NCBI GenBank assembly: GCA_041665405.1
Contig: JBAYIZ010000001.1
Location: 26,618 to 90,617 of the forward strand
Source of the DNA: Candidatus Magasanikiibacteriota bacterium
GTDB taxonomy: Bacteria > Patescibacteriota > Patescibacteriia > Magasanikbacterales > GWA2-37-8
Direction: 5' to 3'
Length of the DNA: 64,000 bases
The notes under the pieces were generated by a model, which ran no database searches, had not been told where the DNA came from, and saw only the letters and a list, made by a program, of their open reading frames with translations. Both the position numbers and the translations under genes were made by a program. Below, piece by piece: positions 9,923 to 19,163 of this stretch (within the stretch, counting starts at the first letter, position 1; each line of letters begins with the position of its first letter).

Positions 9923-11071
9923 TTAGTTCAGGGATTTTATTATTTCTTCAGTAATGGTTTTTTCGGCATCCAATAAAGTAATATTTTCTAGAGATATTTT
10001 GACCTGTTCGCTCGTGCCACTAGGGTTGTGAGGTTTCAGGAGTAGGCGAGTATCATGTCCTTTTTTAGAATGTAAAATGCCGTTGATTGTTTTTTGCCCG
10101 TTCAGATTTTCAATCTCGTATAGTATTAATATCAAATCAATTTCCGGAGAGTTGCCAATGAGCTCAGGAATAATATCTTTTAGCTCTTCTTCATTGGCAC
10201 CGCAGTTGGTGAACTCTTCTTTGGTGACAGTGGTCCAAGCAAATCTTTTACTAGTTTCGATTTTTAATTTTGATAAGGCTGTACCCCAAAGCTTTAGGGT
10301 AGACAAACTACGAGTGCGATACAGATTCTGAATAATTTTTTCTCGGTTGGCACCGTGGTTAATCAACTCGCTGGCGGCTTGTAAAGTGAGGGGAGTAACG
10401 TTGGTAGTTTTGAAACTGTGAGTGGCGGCAATCATACCAGCCAACAGAGCAGTGGCGCTATTTTCATCAATCTGATTATCCCAGAGATGTTTGCTCAATC
10501 GATAAATCATTTCACCAATAGAAGTGGCGTTGAGATCAATATAATTTATTTGGCCATATCGTTCGTTGTTAGCGTGATAATCAATATTAACTATATTGTT
10601 TCGATAAAACAAATCAGTATTGTTTAAAAAAATCGGTCCCAATGTTTCGAGATCTGATGTCCCTAGAGTAATTATTAAATCATATTTATAAGCAGATTGT
10701 GCAGTACGCAATTCGTCCTTGGTAAGCAATCCGTCTTTTGGAGTTAAATAGATAGATAGCCAATTATCTTTTATATCATAACTTAGACTTTCAATTTTGG
10801 CGTGGGAGACATCAACTTTAATAATAAGTTTTTGTAAATGTTCGAGTTTGGATTTTATGTTTTTTAATCCGTTCAAAAGAGCAAGATTTTTGGATGGCAA
10901 AAAATTTGGACAGGCGATGTCGGCCGATTTGTGATTTTTTTCAAAAAAAGAAGACAAGGCCAAAGCAGAAGCAATCGCATCAGTATTTTCGTGGTTATTA
11001 AAAACTATCAAAACGTGTCGACAATTCTCAATTTCCTGTTTGATTTGTTGGATTTCATTTAACATAAGCAA
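9923..11071 (-). CDS. DHH/DHHA1-family phosphoesterase (NrnA-like), with variant DYH in place of the DHH motif
   Basis: DHH-family architecture (N-terminal Asp motifs, GTSD, C-terminal DHHA1-like region); motif III reads IDYHANN. Confidence 0.5.
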   Translation of the reverse strand: MLMLNEIQQIKQEIENCRHVLIVFNNHENTDAIASALALSSFFEKNHKSADIACPNFLPSKNLALLNGLKNIKSKLEHLQKLIIKVDVSHAKIESLSYDIKDNWLSIYLTPKDGLLTKDELRTAQSAYKYDLIITLGTSDLETLGPIFLNNTDLFYRNNIVNIDYHANNERYGQINYIDLNATSIGEMIYRLSKHLWDNQIDENSATALLAGMIAATHSFKTTNVTPLTLQAASELINHGANREKIIQNLYRTRSLSTLKLWGTALSKLKIETSKRFAWTTVTKEEFTNCGANEEELKDIIPELIGNSPEIDLILILYEIENLNGQKTINGILHSKKGHDTRLLLKPHNPSGTSEQVKISLENITLLDAEKTITEEIIKSLN

Positions 11072-11207
11072 TAGATGATTTTACCAATAAACAAGCGGTC
11101 TGTCAAGGGTCTTATCAACTTGCCATAATGTCCAAATTTAGGTAAAATATTAGGGTGATTAAAAATTCATTTTAAAATAAAAACGCTATAATAAGCTAAA
11201 TTTTTGT

Positions 11208-13853
11208 ATGAAGGAATTATCTAAGGCCTACGAACCGCAAAAATACGAGGATGAAATCTATAAAAAGTGGATGGATAGTGGGTTTTTTAATCCTGATACT
11301 TGTGTTGAAAAAGGTGTCTGTAAGGATGATTCACCGACATTTAGTATGGTTTTGCCTCCACCAAATGTCACCGGCACTCTTCATATTGGTCATGCCTCGA
11401 TGTTGGCGATAGAGGATTTAGTGACTAGATACAAGAGGATGCAAGGTTTTAAGACCTTGTGGTTGCCTGGGACTGATCATGCGGCGATTGCCACTCAGGC
11501 CAAAGTGGAGAAGCTTTTGATTGAAAAAGGTATAAAGGAACCGAAAAAAGAATTGGGCAGAGAAAAGTTTTTGGCGGAAGTAGAAAAATTTGCTCAGGAA
11601 TCGCATGACACTATTGTGAACCAATGTAAGAAAATGGGGTCAAGTTTGGATTGGAGTCGAGAGGCATTTACTTTGGATGTGGAAAGAAATTTGGCAGTGC
11701 GTACAGTTTTTAAAAAAATGTATGATGATGGTTTGATTTATCGCGGGTTACGATTGGTAAATTGGTGTCCACATTGCAAATCTACCTTGGCAGATGATGA
11801 AGTAGAACACAAAGATCAGATTGCTAAACTTTATACTTTCAAATATTCCAAAGATTTCCCAATTGCGATCGCTACTACTAGACCGGAAACAAAATTAGGC
11901 GACACTGCAGTGGCGGTCAATTCAAACGATAAACGTTATGCCAAATATATTGGCCAAGAATTTGTAATTAAAAATTTTGCTGGTGGCGCGGATTTGAAAA
12001 TTAAGATTATTGGTGAGGAAAGTGTGGATATGAAGTTTGGTACTGGTGCAGTGGGTGTGACTCCAGCGCATAGTGCGATTGATTATGAAATGGCGCAAAA
12101 AAATAATTTGCCGATTGTAAAAATTATCAATGAAGAAGGACAGATGACCAAAGAAGCAGGAGAAAAATATTTGGGTAAAGCAGTAAAGGTAGCACGAGCT
12201 GAAGTGGTGGAATGGTTGAAAGAAAATAATCTTTTGGAAAAAGAGGAAGAAGTGCCAAATAGTTTATCTATTTGTTATCGCTGTGGTTATGCGATAGAAC
12301 CGTTGCCTTCCAAACAGTGGTTTATTGGGGTAAATAAGGAATTTGTTCTGCCTCATTCCAATATTGATGGAATACAATCCGGCGAAAAAGTGACACTCAA
12401 AAAATTGATGCAGAAAGTGGTGACCAATAAACAAATTGAAATTATCCCAGACAGGTTTGAAAAAACTTATTTTCACTGGATAGATAATTTGCGTGATTGG
12501 TGTATATCTCGTCAACTTTGGTATGGACATAGAATTCCGGTGTGGTACAAGGGTGAAGAAGTTTATTCTGGAATTGATGCGCCTACAAGTGAAGGTTGGT
12601 CGCAGGATCCAGATACATTGGACACTTGGTTTAGCGCTGGATTGTGGAGTTTTTCTACTTTGGGTTGGCCAAATCAAACCAAAGATTTAAAAGATTTTCA
12701 TCCCACAACATTGCTTGAAACTGGTTATGATATTATATTTTTCTGGGTGGCGCGTATGATTCTCATGACCACTTATACATTGGGTACTATTCCATTTGAA
12801 ACAGTTTATTTACACGGTCTAGTGCGAGATGAAAAGGGTAGAAAGATGAGTAAGAGTTTAGGTAATGTGATTAATCCGCTAGACACCATTTCCAAATTTG
12901 GCGCTGATGCGACTAGATTGTCTTTGTTGTTGGGTAATACTCCTGGTAATGATTTGAAATTGTCTGAAGAAAAAGTAGAAGGGTTTAGAAATTTTACCAA
13001 TAAGTTGTGGAATATTTCACGGTTTATGTTGCTCAATATTCCGGAGCCAAAGATTGATGTAAAATTGCCTGAATTAAAAACTTTGTCTGATAAATGGATT
13101 ATTGGTTGTTTGAGTAAAGTAGTCATGGATGCTTCAACCATGATTGAAAATTATCAACTATCAGCCGCCGGAGAAAAACTTCGTGAATTTACCTGGGGCG
13201 ATTTAGCGGATTGGTATTTGGAAATTGCAAAAGTGGAGGGTGGTAAAGAAGAAATTTTAAATTATATTCTAAACACGGTTTTAAAACTATGGCATCCGTT
13301 CATGCCATTTGTGACTGAACAGATTTGGAGTGAAATTTATGGTGGACAAAGAATGTTAATAGTAGAGAAGTGGCCCAAACAGGAAAGTATCACAGAGAAC
13401 ACTATTGAGTTTGAAACAATTAGAAATATCGTTACTGGTATTCGTACTTTGCGTGCCGACAACAAAATTGAACCAATCAAAAAATTAGACGCCACTATTA
13501 GTGCGGGCGCAAAATTAAATTTGATCAAAGAAAATTCTGAAGTTATCAAAGCTTTGGCTCGTTTGGGAAATTTGGATATTGTGGAATCTGCCAAAAAATC
13601 TTCTACTGCCGCTGGGTTTGTGGAGGGTGGAGTTGAAGTGTTTATTGAGCTTGCTGGGGCAATTGATCTGGACAAAGAAAAAGAACGCCTGCAAAAAGAA
13701 TTTGAAACATTAACAAAATATATCAACGGAATAGAGAATAAATTGGCGAATGAAGAATTTGTGAGAAATGCTCCACCGGCCGTGATAGAAAAAGAAAGAC
13801 AAAAATTAGCAGAAGCACAAGTGAAATTAGATAAAATTGAAGCCCAACTATAA
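11208..13853 (+). CDS. valS: Valyl-tRNA synthetase
   Basis: Class I HIGH (TLHIGHA) and KMSKS motifs; C-terminal coiled coil; size 881 aa. Confidence 0.95.
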   Translation: MKELSKAYEPQKYEDEIYKKWMDSGFFNPDTCVEKGVCKDDSPTFSMVLPPPNVTGTLHIGHASMLAIEDLVTRYKRMQGFKTLWLPGTDHAAIATQAKVEKLLIEKGIKEPKKELGREKFLAEVEKFAQESHDTIVNQCKKMGSSLDWSREAFTLDVERNLAVRTVFKKMYDDGLIYRGLRLVNWCPHCKSTLADDEVEHKDQIAKLYTFKYSKDFPIAIATTRPETKLGDTAVAVNSNDKRYAKYIGQEFVIKNFAGGADLKIKIIGEESVDMKFGTGAVGVTPAHSAIDYEMAQKNNLPIVKIINEEGQMTKEAGEKYLGKAVKVARAEVVEWLKENNLLEKEEEVPNSLSICYRCGYAIEPLPSKQWFIGVNKEFVLPHSNIDGIQSGEKVTLKKLMQKVVTNKQIEIIPDRFEKTYFHWIDNLRDWCISRQLWYGHRIPVWYKGEEVYSGIDAPTSEGWSQDPDTLDTWFSAGLWSFSTLGWPNQTKDLKDFHPTTLLETGYDIIFFWVARMILMTTYTLGTIPFETVYLHGLVRDEKGRKMSKSLGNVINPLDTISKFGADATRLSLLLGNTPGNDLKLSEEKVEGFRNFTNKLWNISRFMLLNIPEPKIDVKLPELKTLSDKWIIGCLSKVVMDASTMIENYQLSAAGEKLREFTWGDLADWYLEIAKVEGGKEEILNYILNTVLKLWHPFMPFVTEQIWSEIYGGQRMLIVEKWPKQESITENTIEFETIRNIVTGIRTLRADNKIEPIKKLDATISAGAKLNLIKENSEVIKALARLGNLDIVESAKKSSTAAGFVEGGVEVFIELAGAIDLDKEKERLQKEFETLTKYINGIENKLANEEFVRNAPPAVIEKERQKLAEAQVKLDKIEAQL

Positions 13854-13863
13854 TATTTTATTT

Positions 13864-14985
13864 ATGCCAGGAGATCAACTAGGAAGATCAAATGAATTTG
13901 GTGGTGATTTTGGAAAGATAGGCACTATTGAAACACCAGAAAAAAAATTAGCTGTGGAATTGCTTGATAGCGTGCGGTCTTTTGCTAATAATATTTATCC
14001 GCGTTTAAGAGCAGTCTTAAATTTAAGGAAAATAAATAGAGGCGTTCTGGATGTAAAGGCAAAACAAGAATTGTCTGCTTTGTTAAAAGAGATTCCGACG
14101 TTGGTATGTTTGCAATTAAATAATTTTACCTTTTTAAAGAATAAAAATTTAACCGGCACTACTCAAGTTGAGCATGATTTAAACAATTTTTCTGCTGGAT
14201 TATTTGGCGTTGTTGAATTAATAAAAGAAAATGAGGAAGCGGGTTTGAAGGCAGTAGCGGCAAATGATTTGGGTGGTGTTTTGAACGATTTGCAATTAGT
14301 TTGTGAATACTCTCCGGGTTTTATTATTACTTTGGAGGATATATTGTTACATGAACAGAATTTAGAATCGGATAAAGAAAATGTAGGACAGCGGGCGTTG
14401 GATCTGGATTTTTTATTGGCTGGTATTCGTCAATTGGTAATGAGTGGGGCAGTGGACGGTCGGGTAAATAAATTATTTAGTAGTTTAAAATTTTTAAGCT
14501 CGGAAGGTATTTTAAAAGAAACCGAAGAGATTGTTACTCAGCCGGCAGTAATTGGAAATTTTTTATTTAATGTCATGCGCAATGCTAGTAAGGAAAAAAC
14601 AGACACCAAGCATGTAAATTTTTATATTTTACGCGAAGGTGACGAGTTGGTAATTCGTATTGTAGATGCTGGTATTGGGATGACCAAAGAACAACTTGAC
14701 CCCAATAGTAAGAAATTTATTTTTGGAACAGGTAAAGAAAGTTCAGGCACAGGTAGTACTGGAATCGGGTTGGCTGATGCTGATAAGCGATTAAGCAAAT
14801 ATGCAAATAGTCAGGTGCGCGTATGGAGTCGCCCTAGAGAAAATACAGAAGCGGACTATAATACTTTTCCATCAGATAATAATGATGAGATCCCAGTGGT
14901 AGTAATGGAAAGTGGCGAAGACGACTCAATCACTGGATTAGTTTCAACAGTTTTTGAACTTAGATTACCAATTATTCAAAAATAA
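13864..14985 (+). CDS. GHKL/HATPase_c-domain protein (histidine-kinase-like ATPase) with uncharacterised N-terminal half
   Basis: C-terminal N-box/D-box/G-box-like motifs (NFLFNVMRNA.., VDAGIGM, GTGSTGIGL); no canonical H-box seen; alternative start at 13837 overlaps valS. Confidence 0.5.
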   Translation: MPGDQLGRSNEFGGDFGKIGTIETPEKKLAVELLDSVRSFANNIYPRLRAVLNLRKINRGVLDVKAKQELSALLKEIPTLVCLQLNNFTFLKNKNLTGTTQVEHDLNNFSAGLFGVVELIKENEEAGLKAVAANDLGGVLNDLQLVCEYSPGFIITLEDILLHEQNLESDKENVGQRALDLDFLLAGIRQLVMSGAVDGRVNKLFSSLKFLSSEGILKETEEIVTQPAVIGNFLFNVMRNASKEKTDTKHVNFYILREGDELVIRIVDAGIGMTKEQLDPNSKKFIFGTGKESSGTGSTGIGLADADKRLSKYANSQVRVWSRPRENTEADYNTFPSDNNDEIPVVVMESGEDDSITGLVSTVFELRLPIIQK

Positions 14986-14998
14986 ATATTTTAATTTT

Positions 14999-16198
14999 AT
15001 GAAATTATCAACTGACCAACAGAAAATTGTAGAATTATTAAATAGGGGTGTAGAAAATATTTACCCTAAAAAAGAATTCTTGGAAGCGCGTCTCAAAGAG
15101 GAGAAACAGCTCGCTCTCTATACCGGTTATGATCCAACTGCGCCGACTTTGCATATCGGACATGCTATTACGATGATGAAATTGCGTCAATTTCAGGATT
15201 TGGGACACAAGGTGATAATGTTGATTGGCGATTTTACCGGCATGATCGGAGATCCGACTGATAAAACTTCCGCGCGCGTTCAGTTGACGCATGATCAGGT
15301 GATGGAAAACTGCAAAAATTATAAAGAACAAGCCAGCGCGATTTTGAACTTCAAAGGAGACAACCCGGTTGAAATAAAATATAACGGCGAATGGTTGGGG
15401 AAATTAAATTTGGCAGGAGTGTTGGATTTGACTTCACATTTTACAGTAGATAGATTATTGGAGCGTGACATGTTTGATAAGAGAAAAAAAGAAGGGAAAC
15501 CAATATTTTTGCATGAATTTTTATATCCAGTCATGCAGGCCTATGATAGTGTGGCGATGGATGTAGACGGAGAAGTGGGAGGCAATGACCAGACATACAA
15601 CATGTTGGCTGGTCGTGATTTGATGAAAGATTTAAAAAATAAAGAAAAGTTTGTTTTGACTTCAAAATTGTTGGTAGATAATAGTGGTAAAAAAATGGGT
15701 AAAAGTGAAGGCAATATGATTGCCTTGTCTGACACTCCTGAGGATATGTTTGGCAAAGTGATGAGCTGGACAGATGGTATGATTGTGAATGGTTTTATTT
15801 TGTGTACCAGATTACCGATGGACGAAATCAATGGAATAGAAAAAGATTTAAAATCTGGTACAAATCCACGCGATATCAAATTGAGATTGGCGAAAGAAAT
15901 TGTGGTGACTTTTGTGGGTGAAAAAGAGGCCGTTGTGGCCCAAGAATATTTTGTGCATACATTTAGTAAAAAAGAACAACCAGATGAAATGCCAGAAATA
16001 AAACCAAGTGCATATGACATTTCTACTTTATTGGTAGAAGCGGGTGTGTGCAAAAGCAAAGGGGAAGTGCGTCGAGTGATAGATCAGGGTGGAGTAAAAA
16101 TAAATGAAGAAAAAGTGGGTGAAAATGATTATACTCATGTTGTAAAACCAAATGATATCGTGCAAAAAGGCAGTCGTTGGTTTGTAAAAGTGAAATAA
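14999..16198 (+). CDS. tyrS: Tyrosyl-tRNA synthetase with C-terminal S4 domain
   Basis: HIGH (TLHIGHA) and KMSKS-like (KMGKS) motifs. Confidence 0.9.
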   Translation: MKLSTDQQKIVELLNRGVENIYPKKEFLEARLKEEKQLALYTGYDPTAPTLHIGHAITMMKLRQFQDLGHKVIMLIGDFTGMIGDPTDKTSARVQLTHDQVMENCKNYKEQASAILNFKGDNPVEIKYNGEWLGKLNLAGVLDLTSHFTVDRLLERDMFDKRKKEGKPIFLHEFLYPVMQAYDSVAMDVDGEVGGNDQTYNMLAGRDLMKDLKNKEKFVLTSKLLVDNSGKKMGKSEGNMIALSDTPEDMFGKVMSWTDGMIVNGFILCTRLPMDEINGIEKDLKSGTNPRDIKLRLAKEIVVTFVGEKEAVVAQEYFVHTFSKKEQPDEMPEIKPSAYDISTLLVEAGVCKSKGEVRRVIDQGGVKINEEKVGENDYTHVVKPNDIVQKGSRWFVKVK

Positions 16199-16206
16199 TA
16201 AATTTT

Positions 16207-17379
16207 ATGTTAAGACCTAGATTAGGAGCGGAGATGCCAACCCCATTTTCGGAAGCAGGCAATAGATATGAATCAGCCAAAGCTGAAGTGAAAGCTGGGC
16301 TTCTGGACATTTATCAGGAGTTCGTTGATTTGGTGTCCGGATGGGAATTGGATTTTAATGATCCAAATTGGCATAAAGCTTTTTTGGATATTGAAGATGG
16401 TATTAAAAGTACGGCGGCTAGTTTTGGTATTATAGATATTGAACGTCCCGTGGTTACTGAAATAAACAAATTTGAAATGGGTGGTAAATTGTCTAATGAA
16501 GAACGGATCGATCTGTTATTTAAATTACAGGCAATTAGACAAAAATTAGAATCTTTTGAATTAGTACACCGGAAAAAAATGGAAAAAGTGGGGATGATTA
16601 ATTTGTTGAGTAATAAAAAAGCTGAATTATTAGAAAGGAAAGAAAATTTGATTGGTAAAATGGCGAAAGGTTTAAGAGGAGAAGCAAAAAAAATAAACGG
16701 AGAACCGCAACTGGTAGTAGAAAAACCAGATTTAAGCGAAAAAGATTTGGCTAATTTTGAACCAGATGAAATAGCCCGAAGTTCAAAAGATATTACACCA
16801 AAAACCAAAATATATATTGGCCCACTATTTGTTGGAATTTTTAGTGAAAAGTATAAACATTTAGATTATATTTACACTTCATTTCCAGAAAATAGGGTAC
16901 ATAGAGAGACAGTAATGACAGGTGGCAAAACCAAACAACAGTTATTTGAAGAAATGCAAAAACAAAAAATCCAAGTTTATGACGAAGCGAAATTTTTGAT
17001 GAGAAGTGAAGATTTTTCTACCACCTCAGAAACTGAACAAGCAGATTTTGTCCGTCTCACCGTAAGAGATTTATTTAATGATTCAAATAGTCACACTACT
17101 GATGAGATTTACGAAAGAAAAAGACAACTTGGTTTAGAATTGTGTCAAAGTCAAGATGGACCAAATTATCGTTTACATTATACCAATCAACCACAAGGTG
17201 AGTGGTTACGAATGGGTATGAAACAAATCACCGACGCGGATGGCTATCCGGGCGTGTTCTATCTGGATTGTGATGGTGGCGGTGGCCTGAAGCTCCGCGT
17301 CCATTGGATGTCTCCGGGGGATCAGTGGCGTTCCGGTCATCAGTTCGTCTTTCGTCTCAGCAAGTATGAAACTAAATAA
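16207..17379 (+). CDS. Hypothetical protein with a central coiled coil and a GC-rich C-terminal segment
   Basis: Long ORF with no recognisable motif; last ~50 codons are visibly GC-rich. Confidence 0.4.
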   Translation: MLRPRLGAEMPTPFSEAGNRYESAKAEVKAGLLDIYQEFVDLVSGWELDFNDPNWHKAFLDIEDGIKSTAASFGIIDIERPVVTEINKFEMGGKLSNEERIDLLFKLQAIRQKLESFELVHRKKMEKVGMINLLSNKKAELLERKENLIGKMAKGLRGEAKKINGEPQLVVEKPDLSEKDLANFEPDEIARSSKDITPKTKIYIGPLFVGIFSEKYKHLDYIYTSFPENRVHRETVMTGGKTKQQLFEEMQKQKIQVYDEAKFLMRSEDFSTTSETEQADFVRLTVRDLFNDSNSHTTDEIYERKRQLGLELCQSQDGPNYRLHYTNQPQGEWLRMGMKQITDADGYPGVFYLDCDGGGGLKLRVHWMSPGDQWRSGHQFVFRLSKYETK

Positions 17380-17441
17380 ATCAGTTTCATAAATTTGAAA
17401 CTGTGAAACTTTGACACTTTGTCACTTTGATTAAAAATATT

Positions 17442-19160
17442 ATGTCATCATCAGAATTAATTTTAAAACTGATACAAAACGCTGGAGTTGAGGGTGAAAT
17501 CAAGTTATCTCCTGTACCAAAACCAGAGATGGGTGATTTGGCGTTTAGTTGTTTTGAATTGGCTAAAGCGCAAGGGAAAAATCCGGTGGAGTGCGCGAGG
17601 GATCTAGCTGCTAAAATAGATTCCCGTTTGCACGGGAATGACAATGTGGATGACTGCGTTGTTGAACGCGTGGTTGCTTTTGGTCCGTATGTAAATTTCT
17701 TTTTGAATTCTGGTTCAATTGCCAAGAATATTATTAGTGACATTCAAAAACAAGGCAAAAAATATGGTTTTAATGATGTTGGTAAAAGTAAAAAAGTAGT
17801 GATTGAATATCCTAGCAATAATACTCATAAAGAATTGCACATAGGTCATTTGCGAAATATTTGTATTGGAAATTCGTTGACTAATATTTTTAGAGTAAAT
17901 GGTTTTAATATTGAGCCAATCAATTATCTCAATGATTTTGGAGCGCATGTAGCCAAATGTTTGTGGGGTTTGGAAAAGTTTCACAAAGGTGAAAAACCAC
18001 CAAAAGGGGAGGAGCAAAAATGGTTGGGTGAAATTTATGCGGAGGCGAGCATATATTTGGAGGCACATCCTGAAGAAAAAGAAGAATCGTTTGCCATGCA
18101 AAAAAAATTGGAGGCACGCGACAGAAGTGTATGGTCAATATTTAAAAAAACTAGACAATGGAGTATCGATGGTTTTGATAAAGTGTTCAAAGAATTGGGG
18201 GTCAAACATAATCGAGTTTTTTACGAGCAAGATGTCAAAGATGATGGCCAAAAAATTGTGGATAATCTATTGAATACAAAAATTGCTCAAGTGGGTGAGG
18301 GTGGAGCAATCATTGTTGATTTGAATAAATTTAATTTAGATATTGGTTTGTTGCGTAAGAGTAATGGTGCTGGGTTATATCTGACTAGCGATTTGGGATT
18401 GGCGGTAGCTAAAAATAAGAAATACAAAAATATTTCCGAGAGTATTCACCTGACTGGCAGTGAACAAAATTTTTATTTCAAACAATTGTTCAAAATTTTA
18501 GAATTGGCTGGATATAAATATAAGATGACCCATATTGGCTACGGGTTGGTAATGTTGCCAGAAGGTAAGATGTCTTCACGCACTGGTAAGGTTGTTTTGT
18601 ATGATGATGTGAGAGATTTGGTTTATAATAAAGTGTTGGAAGAAACAACCAAACGCCATCCTGACTGGAATAAAAAGAAGCTGGCGAATGTGTCTTTGAA
18701 AATCGCTTTGGCCGCCATTAAATTTGAGTTCCTAAAGCACGAAGCCAATAAGACAATAATTTTTGATGCGGCAATGGCGACGAAGTTTGAAGGTTTTACG
18801 GGACCATATATTTTGTATATGGTAGCGCGTATCAATAGTATGTTGCGTAAAGGAAAAGTGAAATTGAAAAATATCGATTTTAGTTTATTAAAAGAAAGCG
18901 AAGAAAAACAGTTGGTATTATTGTTAGGGGAATATGGCGAAGTAATAAAGAAATCTTTTGATAATTATAATCCTTCGGTTTTGACCAAATATAGTTTTGA
19001 TGTGGCACAGGCATTTAGTAATTTTTATGCTAAACACAGCGTTTTAAATAATGAAAATACAGAGTTGGTGAAAGCGCGTTTGGCTCTGTGTGGTGCTACC
19101 AAACAGGTGTTGGAAAATTGTTTGGCCACTATGTCTATTGAGGTGATTGATATAATGTAG
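17442..19160 (+). CDS. argS: Arginyl-tRNA synthetase
   Basis: Class I HIGH (ELHIGHLRN), DALR-like C-terminus; size 573 aa. Confidence 0.9.
   Translation: MSSSELILKLIQNAGVEGEIKLSPVPKPEMGDLAFSCFELAKAQGKNPVECARDLAAKIDSRLHGNDNVDDCVVERVVAFGPYVNFFLNSGSIAKNIISDIQKQGKKYGFNDVGKSKKVVIEYPSNNTHKELHIGHLRNICIGNSLTNIFRVNGFNIEPINYLNDFGAHVAKCLWGLEKFHKGEKPPKGEEQKWLGEIYAEASIYLEAHPEEKEESFAMQKKLEARDRSVWSIFKKTRQWSIDGFDKVFKELGVKHNRVFYEQDVKDDGQKIVDNLLNTKIAQVGEGGAIIVDLNKFNLDIGLLRKSNGAGLYLTSDLGLAVAKNKKYKNISESIHLTGSEQNFYFKQLFKILELAGYKYKMTHIGYGLVMLPEGKMSSRTGKVVLYDDVRDLVYNKVLEETTKRHPDWNKKKLANVSLKIALAAIKFEFLKHEANKTIIFDAAMATKFEGFTGPYILYMVARINSMLRKGKVKLKNIDFSLLKESEEKQLVLLLGEYGEVIKKSFDNYNPSVLTKYSFDVAQAFSNFYAKHSVLNNENTELVKARLALCGATKQVLENCLATMSIEVIDIM
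17617..17645. repeat. Copy 1 of a dispersed palindromic repeat (TAGATTCCCGTTTGCACGGGAATGAcAAT), in frame inside argS
   Basis: Near-identical copies at 30191-30219 and about 52430-52451. Confidence 0.7.
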
Positions 19161-19163
19161 ATT

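Noticed and set aside
11100-11207. Possible T-box leader upstream of valS
   Set aside because: There is an AGGGTGA string, but no match to the T-box consensus (AGGGUGGNACCGCG) or a specifier-loop architecture. It is treated as an ordinary promoter region.
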